From Chrysomallon squamiferum (taxonomy: Eukaryota > Animalia > Mollusca): 64,000 nucleotides of DNA. How positions within the stretch are numbered: the first letter of the stretch is position 1; each line of letters starts with the position of its first letter. Both the position numbers and the translations under genes were made by a program. The notes under the pieces were generated by a model. That model was not told where the DNA came from. It did no database searches and was given only the letters and a program-made list of their open reading frames with translations. Location: the NCBI GenBank assembly GCA_012295275.1, contig CM022671.1:1302001-1366000 (forward strand), read 5' to 3'. Positions 38,441 through 49,600 of the stretch are shown here, piece after piece.

Positions 38441-39479
38441 CAACAACGACAACAATAATAATACTAATAAAAACATTTTACACTCAAAATATATAGTTTA
38501 TTATTGTTGACTTCACAGTATCAGCAAAAATAAAAATCATCGTCTGCTAGTTTCGAAATCGTGTAGTTCGCTTGCTGCTGTTTATGATATATATATATAT
38601 GTATATTTATAACTATCATATTATACACATATCTTTTGCCATTGATATTACGTTATTTTCTGTAACTGGGACATCAAAGTAATGGCAAAATAAGTATTAC
38701 AGGAAATAAGAAATGAATTCATTAACAAATAGCTGAATGAACTGAAAGTAAATAGCAGTATTACGCTAACAGTGCTAAAAGAATAAACTCCTACTCACTT
38801 GAACTTCTGGTAACTTTTGACATTAGTTTAACACTTGCTGTGTCTTATTTACAACATACTGATATTTTTATTGGCTGGCAGTTAATCAATAATAACATTA
38901 TAAGATAAGTTGAAAGTAAACTGAACAAATTAGAAAATAACATGGAATAAAATGCTGAGCGATTTGTACAAAATACTTAAACTATTGTTTTCTCTTATTA
39001 CCGTTTCACACCCATTTGATTTTCGTGACTGCTAGTACACAATTCACTGTACTGTACTGGATATGAGGTCAGAAACATCCATTTTATATAAATATTTATT
39101 TAGACTTAACAGTTTCCTTAAATGTACACTGTACAGTATCAAAAATATCAAACACTACTATAGTATTGATTATAAAATCACTGTCTTTGGTTGTTAGTAG
39201 CAGAGAGGGGGAAAAAAAAAAAATAAAATAAAATAAAAAATTAACTGGATCCTGTAAAGCCACGGGCGTTTTTGTGGTTCCAGAGGAAAATGTACTTATA
39301 CTTTATTTATAATGGGGAAAATTATGAAATATCCTCCTCACAAATTCTGAGAGTGAAAAAAAAAAAAAAAAAAAAAAAAAAAATAAATAAATAAATAAAA
39401 AAAAATAAAAGAGGAAAATAATAATAATAATTATTAGAAAAAAAAAAAAAAAAAAAAAAAAAAACGAACTTAAACGATC

Positions 39480-39630
39480 CAGAACCCGGTTCGTAAACCG
39501 AAGCGATGGCAGACACACGAACGTCACTCTCATATTTTGCAGTTATTTCTTCCTTAACCTCAACTGTGATACGTTTATACTTTCCACTAGCATTGTCACT
39601 TTCACTTTTTGTTTTCTTGGCACCATATTG
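39480..39630 (-). mobile_element. Tigger/pogo transposase N-terminal (CENP-B/Psq-type HTH) remnant
   Basis: Translates to KKTKSESDNASGKYKRITVEVKEEITAKYESDVRVSAIAS, which resembles the Tigger N-terminal HTH. Truncated into a poly-A/T tract. Confidence 0.6.
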
Positions 39631-39766
39631 GATCCCTGTAATAAAAAATATACACATTTAAAAAATGCGAGCTGACAATTCAAAAGCTATTGAGCTGCAA
39701 GCACGTATCAAAGACTAAAGGTCCTAATTCATTATATATATTTGCTATAGAGCATGCCTATAAGCC

Positions 39767-39842
<76 letters not shown>

Positions 39843-39847
39843 ACATA

Positions 39848-40542
39848 CAGTGGTACCTCGACTTACGAGTGCTCCAACTTACGAGTTTTCCGAGTTACCA
39901 GCAGTCAGTCGGTCGATTAATTTGCTTTGAGCTGCGATCCAAAATCCGAGTTACGAGCGAGCTTCAAATACACCACCACTAGATGGCGCAACCAACAACA
40001 CAACGTGGTTACCTCGCCGTGGAAGCATCTCTGTTGTGTTGTGTGCTCGCGTTTTATGCAGTATTTTGCCAAATGTCCACGGATCTTAAGAAACTGAGTG
40101 CAAATGACAGTACTGAGAAGAAGAAGCGGATGATGTCCATTGAATTAAAGCTTGAATTCATAGAAAAACAGGAGCAAGTTTTGCGTGTAGTCAACATGGC
40201 TAGGCAGTCGAGCGTAGTACCTTTACGATATTTATCATACTGAAACAGAAGGAGTCGATGAAGGCTGTAACTCCAGCCAAAGGTGTTAAAATAATTTCTA
40301 AGCTATGGACCTCTGTCCATGAAACGATGGAGAAACCCCAACCCTGTACACTTTACAAAACCAGTTTATTTCATTATATTCTCTTTTATTTAATTTTTAT
40401 ACAATATTTGTCATTTATACATACATTTTCTTATTTAAAAACGCGTTACAAAATATTGGGGTGGTTTTGGGGGGCTGTTTTTTCAGTTAATTTCATTTGG
40501 AAAAATTGATTTGATTTACGAGCGAATTTGAAGGTACCACTG
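39848..40542 (+). mobile_element. Internally deleted Tigger/pogo DNA transposon (MITE-like), 695 bp
   Basis: Terminal inverted repeats CAGTGGTACCT (39848) and AGGTACCACTG (ends 40542), both flanked by TA. It contains a frameshifted transposase start, KKKRMMSIELKLEFIEKQEQ...RVVNMARQ / ILKQKESMKAVTPAKGVKIISK, and internal TTACGAG repeats. Confidence 0.9.
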
Positions 40543-41269
40543 TATATATATCCAGTCGATATTGTTCTCGAAGTATCTATATTATATATAATGGGGTTGT
40601 AGTTATCATTAGTTACAGGCTGAAATTAAATGCAGTTATGAAAAGGCGTATGATGGGGAAGGCTTTTCAACCATCTAAACAAAGACGTAACTGTATAGAA
40701 TCATACAATTAATGAAATATTAGGACAGGCAGTATTAGGGGTATTCCTTTGTTAGTGTTAAAACACACCCTTTATTTAAGCATTGTTATGGCTTCGTTAA
40801 ACAAAACAAAACAAAAAAAGAATCGACTATTTGGCCTACGAAATGGTCGATTAGGTTACAATGCAACATACAAACCAAGTTGTACTCAGTACAGCGGAAC
40901 AATACGGAGTAAATCATGTTTTTAGGCAGTTATTTTAGTCAGTTCACGATACCACGGATTATTGTACGATAATGATTATATATGTATACCATAATGTGAT
41001 AATCAGTTGAATTTTATGATTTTGTTATTAATTTAATTAATTGTCTGTTTGTTTGTTATTTGTTTTTGTTTTTTTCAAAGAAAAGAAAGACTAATAGTAA
41101 CTATTGAGATTTTTCTGGAAACCAATGCTTTTCGACTTCGGGATATTTCGACAGTTTTCGCCAACAACAACTGTTCGGAATTTGTTGACTGTTATCCGGT
41201 TGTGCTGATGGAATGTCATATCGAAAAGAATAAACGTAACAAACATTAAGAAGTGGTTAGGACATCTTC

Positions 41270-41325
41270 CCAAGATGGCAGCTTTCGTTTGGGCTTCTTC
41301 CAAGTTTCGCGATTTGGTGTTTTTG
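41270..41325 (+). promoter_or_regulatory. Probable first (5'UTR) exon and promoter of the Egalitarian-like gene
   Basis: YY1-type CAAGATGGC at 41271 and a strong TTG|GTAAGT donor at 41325/41326. The matching acceptor is TGTAG| at 42774. Confidence 0.55.
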
Positions 41326-42865
41326 GTAAGTGTATTTCTTTGTTATTTTTGTATTTGCGGTGCTCATAATAATAATCTTGTTATATGTATTGTAGTTTTT
41401 ACTCAGTGATTTAATAAATCAAAATTTTATTAACTTTATAGCTTTTTATTTTTATTTTTATTTTTTTTTCTGTTCGAAGGGTCTTGCCTCAAAACGTCAT
41501 TTTGTAAAGCCTCGCTCCTCGCTGTCAATCTTTCGGGTCAGTCCGACCTTAAGTTATGTTACCTCATCGGAATGATATGGCAAGACATACTCATCTGCAT
41601 TTCACAGTCTTTAGAATATTTGAATATTGTTAAATAGATCAGCTGACTATCCCACTGATTGAATGATTATGATGTACAAACGGTGTGAACTATGAATCAT
41701 ATAGATCATTTTAGTTTTTATGGATGATGGATATATTCAGTATTGTTTTGCTTTTTGCGGAGAAGAATTTATTTGTGATGTAAAGTCTGTAAGTGATAAT
41801 ATATCCCATACAAGTAATGTAACATCAGTCAAATTTTATATTTTTGTTTATTTTTATCAATAATGTTTTATTATTATTATTTTTAAATTGTTGGGCCAAA
41901 ATACAGTTCATTAGACTGTACATACATCGTTTATATAAGTGTATAACATAATCATTAACACATTAATATTGGGGAACTAACTGGATATAGGGGCATATTG
42001 ATACCACAGCCTATCATGAATTTATTATAACAATGTTTTAAAGTAGGCATATTCTATTCTATTTTATATTAAGTCATTAATATAACTGGTAACAAATTTT
42101 TCAGGTACTTTTCTGAACAACACCACTATCTAATAAATTAATGTTAAAATATGTTGAACTTTTGAAAGAAAAAATACATATATTAATAATTAACCCTATT
42201 TGTTATAGTAGATCTGCTGATAGTATTACTGTTAGTGACTGAACACAGAATAGTACATCTGTTGGCTGACTATTCATTTTGGTTAAGACTATTTAACCAT
42301 AGCCAAACAGTAGCATTATCAAATTAGCACTGTTACATAACTGAGTAGAAACAGTATACACCAGGTAACTACTGGAGAGGTACCAACGTTAGTGTTAAAG
42401 GTCAACGAAACTATGAATTAGAAACATGAACACACACACATTTTTTATTTTATTTATTTGATCTTATTAATGATAACCCAAACTAGTCAGATTATAGTTA
42501 ATAAGAACATCTTTTCATTTACTTTCAATTTCTTTTGTGTTTGAGTAAGAAAACCAGGCAAGAACAGAAGTCAACTGGAATTAAATATTTCTGAACTGAT
42601 TTGTCTTTTCAGCATATATACCAATACAAATTTTCTAAATTATTAAACACATCATTTCACATAAACTGCAAATTAATTAAGAAAATGGCATGATCTGGTT
42701 GTGAGATATATTGAAGTTTGAAGAATTTTGCATGTTTTACATTCATTTCAGTAACAATTGATTTATGTCTGTAGGTTAGAAGGGCTCCACCTGGAAGAGG
42801 TCAGATGTGAATTCAAACTCCCTTGGTTTCCTAATTTCGAGAACATTATACCAATAAAAACAAAA

Positions 42866-44593
42866 ATGGCTGATGATCCAGGTCACAAGGTTATGTTGCA
42901 CTTCTTAGAGACTTTAATGTACAGTTCAGTCCCACTGACTATTAGCCAGCTGGCAGGCAGATTCGGCAGTCGAAATTTCACTTCAGAAATGCGTACGGCT
43001 GCTGGAGGAAATGAAGCTGGACTGAAGAAGTTTCTTCTGAAATATCCTTCACTGTTCACAGTCAATGGAAACCTTGTGAGTTTGAATGATGGAACTGCTC
43101 TTGGGGAGAACTTTCGAGAAAGCAGCCCCGCTTCAACAAAGCAGAGCACAAACGATGTTTCTGTGGAGACAGAGGCTGTACAGTACTTTCGCAATCGTAT
43201 GATCAAAAAGGGAGAAACAACCATGCCCATTGCCAGTCTGGCTGGACATTTGTCACAGGCATCTCTTGCTATTCGAGAATGTGTTGGGCCACAGAACAAA
43301 TTTCTGGATTGGCTACTTCGCCACCCATTGATTTTTGAAGTCAAAGGTGACATGGTCTGCCTAAAAGACAATGTGACATTCAGTGCTGTGAATCCAAATG
43401 CAGAGCCACTAGAAGACTTGAAGTTGTCATCATCGAGTCAGAATCTCCTGCTGCTACCAAACCAGCACACACCAAAATTGAAGAGGAGGCCAAAATCTCT
43501 TGATGTGACTGACTCTTACAAGATGGCTGCATCATCAAAAACAGCACTAAGTTCAGGATCCAAGCCTGGACCAGTTACCATGACAGCCAATGAATACAAA
43601 GCTGTAATGTTCATAAAAAGTATTATTGAGAAGAAAGGTGACATGAAAGTGAGTATTTTGTGCACTCACTTTAGTCAGGCACCAGAGAGTCTTAGAAACA
43701 CTATTGGATATGGGAAAGCTGAGCTGGAGAAATTTGTTCGAGCTCATTCTAATTTGTTTACAGTATCAGATGATGGGTTGGTGTCACCAATCAAAAACAC
43801 TCGCCTTAATGTGATCATCACTGGTAGTCGTCCTCAAACACCTAGTCGACCTAATTTATGTGGCCGGAAAGGTAAAATATATCATGTCGCTAAATTGTGG
43901 GGAATTATTGATCTTGGCAAGCATGAACATGTCTTCATAGATCGTACAATATTTGGAAAAACTATTGATGATTTGTGTAAAGTTCTTGTTGTTGGGGAGA
44001 CAGTCTGCTTTGATGCAATACCTGCGCCCAAAGGAAGTCGAGCAAGATGGAGGGCAGTTAGAGTGTGGAAAGAACACGAATCCATTGAAGATCTAATTGA
44101 AAAGGTTGCTGCAAAGCTAGATTTAAAACTAGATGGGGCACCCCGAGATGTTGCAAAACCAGTTAATAACATAGAAGAAGAAATGCGAAGAGAAATTCCT
44201 CACATGAATGACTGCAATGAAGCCAACACGCCTCTCAGCATTGGAGGTGTTAAATACTCATTCAATGATGCTGCTCCCAGTGGTGCTGGAATTGTTCCTG
44301 TTTGGAACTTCAAACCAGCAGAAATTGAAGGGCTTCAGGATGTCGATGATGACTTCAGTGATGGTGAAGAGGTTTCTCCTCAGCTGAGCATGGTGGCAGA
44401 ACGCTATTACATGAACCAGTCAGTGGTCAGTGACAGTCCAAGAAGCAAAAGCAGCAACAGTCCCCGGCATGAGGAGAGCCTGGTGAATGGAACAGACAAG
44501 TCTAAACCCAGCTTTGTGGATGCTTCTTGTCAAACCATTGTCACAGGGGAGATTCTGGCCACTCAGCTTTTTCACGAAGATATTGAAGTCTAA
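42866..44593 (+). CDS. Egalitarian-like / LIN-66-like RNA-binding protein: three winged-helix repeats + OB/cold-shock-like domain + LC8/Dlc-binding motif; no exonuclease domain; single coding exon, 575 aa
   Basis: The N-terminus VMLHFLETLM...LTISQLAGRFGSRNFTSEMRTAAGGNEAGLKKFLLKYPSLFTV and repeat 2 EAVQYFRNRM...MPIASLAGHLSQASLAIR resemble the Egalitarian N-terminal repeats. Repeat 3 is KAVMFIKSII...HFSQAPESLR. OB-like segment GKIYHVAKLWGIIDLGKHEHVFID...VGETVCFDA...RWRAVRVW. C-terminal VDASCQTIVTGEI. ATG in AAAATGG context at 42866. Confidence 0.8.
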   Translation: MADDPGHKVMLHFLETLMYSSVPLTISQLAGRFGSRNFTSEMRTAAGGNEAGLKKFLLKYPSLFTVNGNLVSLNDGTALGENFRESSPASTKQSTNDVSVETEAVQYFRNRMIKKGETTMPIASLAGHLSQASLAIRECVGPQNKFLDWLLRHPLIFEVKGDMVCLKDNVTFSAVNPNAEPLEDLKLSSSSQNLLLLPNQHTPKLKRRPKSLDVTDSYKMAASSKTALSSGSKPGPVTMTANEYKAVMFIKSIIEKKGDMKVSILCTHFSQAPESLRNTIGYGKAELEKFVRAHSNLFTVSDDGLVSPIKNTRLNVIITGSRPQTPSRPNLCGRKGKIYHVAKLWGIIDLGKHEHVFIDRTIFGKTIDDLCKVLVVGETVCFDAIPAPKGSRARWRAVRVWKEHESIEDLIEKVAAKLDLKLDGAPRDVAKPVNNIEEEMRREIPHMNDCNEANTPLSIGGVKYSFNDAAPSGAGIVPVWNFKPAEIEGLQDVDDDFSDGEEVSPQLSMVAERYYMNQSVVSDSPRSKSSNSPRHEESLVNGTDKSKPSFVDASCQTIVTGEILATQLFHEDIEV

Positions 44594-46630
44594 GGGTAAC
44601 TGTGTCTAGAAGTCTGAGCTGTTTTTTAGCCTTTAATACGGGAATAACATCGGAAGAAATGGAATTAAAGGATGTTTTATTTGTAGCATGTTTTATGCTT
44701 ACAATGTGACATGTCAGCCTGTACTTAGACAAATTACATTCATCTTATTTTCATAACAGCTAAGTGTTTTTGTTGCATGTTGCAGTTTTTGTGAAATGTG
44801 CATAACTTAAATTTATTTTTAGTTTCTTTTATTTCTTTTATTTTTAATTTGTTACTGTTCTTAATTGTTTTAAGAAAATTGTCTGCATTTAATTTTAATG
44901 TTTTGAGTTATTTTATTTAAATTTTATTATTATTAAGAATTTGTTAAAAACAATTTCTTGTTTATTTTATTATGGCATATGCTCATTTTTCTCCACTCAG
45001 TATATCATTTATTTTTGTATTCAATATGTAAATTTAATTAAACTAGAATAATTTATTGGAATATTTAACTGATGTAAAAACAAACTTAGGTAACTGATAA
45101 TGTTTGTGTGGTGATGGTATATATACCATAAATAATTATACTGTTATACTGAAATGTACTGGTTTTTCTAACACACCAAAAACTGATATAAATTATAATT
45201 CATTTACATTTATATTTTCTGTGTGGTCATTTACAAAGGGCACATTTAAAGAAAATTTTTGCTACCATATAAATTAAATTGAAAAAAATGTTCTTTATTA
45301 TTTCATCTTTATCAGTTTTATTAATGACCTCATATATTTGAGTACAATTTAATTCATGAGAAGGTTATTTTTTTTTAAAGAAAAACCCTCAACAAAACCC
45401 AACAAAACCCACTGAAACAGAGTTTTTGTTAGTAATCAAGTGACCTGTCAACCTATAATCTGTGCTTGGTCATATTTCATTGGTTTTAATTATTTGTAAT
45501 GAATATATCTTTTTCAGTGAATTTATTATATTCTGGATATCATATAATTATAGATTCCTTGGCAAAAGTGAACATTTTTACAGGACGTATTTAATGTCTA
45601 AATAGATGTTTTAATTTTAATTCTTATTTAAAAAGGTATTTACATTTAAATGTATTTTTCTTAGACTAAATTCTTTTTCCTATGTTGTTCGTTTAACTGC
45701 AACACTGAAACAATTTAATGAATGTGCAAATTTATTAATTCAGTATTTTACAAATATTTTTATTTTCTTTATTTTATTTATGTTGAATTAATTATTTATT
45801 ATTAATTTTTCAAAACTGGGCATATAGGTATAGAATTGGTGATAACTGGACTGTTTTAAAACATTTTTTTTGCATGGTTTCCAAGGTTTACCTGTCATTT
45901 TGTGCCAGTTAAAGGTGCTACCAGCACAAGTTCACACAGTCTGTGTGTGAAACTAAATATTTTTAATACAGTTTAATAATTAAGTGCCTTTCATCCCCCA
46001 AAATGTCATTAAATTTTTTTTTGATCCTAAAATACAGTTACAACTTAAATTTGTTTTGAGATTCCCAAGCTCAGATTTGTTTAATTGTATGTTCACAATT
46101 AAACTGATGAATATTCATTGCTTAAAGAATTAAAATTAATAATTTAAATGTAGATACATTTTTTTGGATATGTTTTTATTTATTTAAATTCAGTTTTTAC
46201 TGATCAGTAAGTTGACACAATTTATTAAATGACTTTGACAGACTTAGACAATCTCAGTTAATATTTAAAAGAAAAAAATGTTGTAGCCACTAAGGGTTAA
46301 ATACAATAATCTTGTTATAAATTTGCTAACTGATGAATAAAGTGGCAGTTATTTTGTTAAAACCAGTATTGACATCTGTTAATACATAAATGTAAATATC
46401 TTTCCAATGTGCCAAATAATAAAACACTGTTGATATTAGTCAGGATGTGAGTGGTGTTGTGTATGGTGTGTTTGCTTAGGTAGTAATGTTAGAAATGTTT
46501 CTTCAGAATGGGTGAAAGAATGTTTATACATAATTTTGTCCCAGGTTTTGATAAAATTAGTAAATCATGTTTTGGTAAACAAAGTATTTTAAAAACAAAA
46601 AACCAGAGTTCAGTGTTTGTCTAATGACAT

Positions 46631-46681
<51 letters not shown>

Positions 46682-49600
46682 TTCACACAGGTTTCTTTTC
46701 TTTTTCTTCTTTTTTAAAATTAAAAAAAAATTAATTACATATTATTAATATAGTGCAAAAACACCAAGGTTTAATAAGAAAGCCATTGTTTAACAAGTTT
46801 TAATTTATGGAGCAAAATATATATTTTTAAAAACTGATTTATTAAGTTTCTCTACACCATGGCATTTGATAAGTTCTTCAGTGGAATAAAGTGATGTATA
46901 AATAATGACATTACTTACCTGTGTAATGTCAACCGCAATTTCAGAATGACAGGAATGTATATACACAACTTCTAGGTGTGGATGTCTTTATTCAGAATGA
47001 AATTAGAAAAGTGATTTTCCTAGAAACTTTATTGTTTCATTAATTGATAATATTTGCTCTGATAATATTAGTATAGATATCAATTTATACATAATTTTTT
47101 ATAATTTTTTTAACTGAAGGAATTGATTTAAATAATAATAACAACCTTTTACTGTTTAAAATAATGGCTGTTATTTTTAATTGCAAAATTCAAATGGTAT
47201 ACAGCAATAAACTTATTTTTAATTTAAAACACGTATTGTAATTAATGATATATTTTTATAAATGTGCATAGACAGTAATGTTGAATACAGTGTTTAAGAA
47301 TAATTTGCATAAGTTGATAAAAGTTGACAGAATGACAGAATTGTTAAAACAACATGTTTGAGTTAGTAAAGTATATTTTATTGTTTTATAACTTTTCTAT
47401 TGAAAGTATTAATTAGATGTTTCATTACTAAAATGTTTTAATAGAAAATGTTTACAGAAATGTATGAAATTATGGGAACAATGATTGTTTTATTTATTTA
47501 TATATTTTTTAGAATATTTTAACAGGAGTTACTAAAAACATTTTGTCATTTTAATTTAAATAATGAATAAGAATATTAGTTTTATCAGTACTTTATTATT
47601 TAGTTGAAATTAATTCCCTTTACATAAAATTTTCATTCTTTATATAATATGTTTTTAACAGCAAATATTTACATAATCATGATAATGTGTATTTTTGAAA
47701 TTGTGAAGCAAATTGCAGAATGTTTTAATATCAATTTTAGACATTTATGAGATCTAGTATGTGGTATTAAAATATTTGGAACATCAATTTACTTAATTTA
47801 TGAATTAGTAATTTTAATTTAAAAAAATAAGAGAAACATATTTTTAATAAAGGATGATGGAAATGAGTTATTTTACAATTTAAAAAAGATGTTTGATTAT
47901 TGACAGTGAGCATATGTTTTTTTTTTAGAATGTACACAAACTGATGTTTTGTTAGCATAATATTTTGATATTTTACAATGCTAATAAATTAGGGGCAAAT
48001 GATTAATGCTTGACAATAAATGACAAATGCTTTAATATTCTATAAATGAAAGGCAAATGCTTACTGTTATAAATAACGGATAAATGTTTAATATGAAATA
48101 AAAGGGAACTGATCAACATTGATACATAAAACTTTAAAAGGCCAGTTATTAATTTTAATAAGTAAAAGCAAGAATTTAATACAAAGAAATAAAAGGCAAA
48201 AATTAATGCATATATATATATATTGATATTTAAAATATATATTATATATATTTTTTTAAATCATTTATCCTTTTCAATAGGTCTTTTCTTTCCTCTTTTT
48301 CTTAACAGTGTTGTCTTCAAATTTTACCTTTTAATTCTTTTAGTCAGTGACATAAAAAATTAGTGTGATATCTCAGGATTATTCTTCAGTATTAGCTGAT
48401 ATCATATGTGTATAATTTGTTCTTCCTGCTAAACTGTAGTCACTTTTTTTCTATTCAGTTATGAGTATTTAAAATTGATTCAAAATAATTATTATTAAGC
48501 TTCTATTCACATGAACTGCATTAAAAGACAATTTACACACCAGTTGATTGGCAAGATTGACCTTTTTTTAAAGATAATTGAAGTTTTTGGTACAATTCAG
48601 TCCATGTGAATACAAGCCTAATAATAAATATTTTTCAGTCCCAGCTTGGTACTTTGAATTCATTGTTCTCAGCAATTTTAAATACCTCATATAAGTGTGT
48701 GTGTTATTTGTGGACAGAGATATAATTTCTAATATATTTTGACACGTTTTATTCTTTTTAAAATCTTTAATGCTAGTCAAATTTTTTAATACTGACTTTT
48801 TTTTAAGAAACAAAATAAACTAAAAGTAAACAAATGGAGAGTACATTACAAGCCTATGACTTATGTGTACACTAATCCTTATTTACTACATATGAATAGT
48901 TCTTGATTGTGAGGTATTTCAGTTCATTTAATTTACCAGCTGCTTCTTACTTGCTGTTAGTTAAAACAAAATCTGCAGATATTACAGATTGTAGCAGCTG
49001 TTTTATAGAAAGGAATCCTTGCAATCAATACATACAAGTCTTCCAGTGTATTCTTGTAAATAATTAGAGACAAGAATGAATATTTTTCTTTTATCTCCAG
49101 GTGATCTGAAATATGTGCTTTGTAACAAAACTGCCAAATTTGATCTTTTATTATTTATTATTTTTTTTTCTGTGCAAATGGTGAAAGGAGTTTGGGTTAG
49201 TGTCTGTAAAATTGCTACACGTCTTTCCTGAAATGAAAAAGCTAAAAGTAAATGATGGAAATTTAACAGTCTTCAATAAATGAGATACAAAACAGTTTAC
49301 TGTTCTGTTAATGTAATAAATATATATGTATTTTTAACTTTACAATTTTCTCTTTGCAGCTTGCAATATGCAAATTGTTGTCGTGAATGTTTTATATTGC
49401 TTTGTTTATTATAAACAGTTCTTTGTATCTGTACTCTTTAATTGTATACCCTGTGTTCTGATACAAAAACTATTTTAAAGTTGTCATTAAAATGTTCCTT
49501 TTTGAATTGAATCATTTACAGCTTAATTGATTAATCTTTTTAGTTTCATTATTATTATTTTTTATTATTCTTTTAAGTGCGATTATTTTAATACAATATA

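Noticed and set aside
42883-44172. Antisense ORFs over the Egl-like CDS (and similar ones over the USP, propeptide and MOV10 exons)
   Set aside because: They are shadows of real coding sequence with no independent features.
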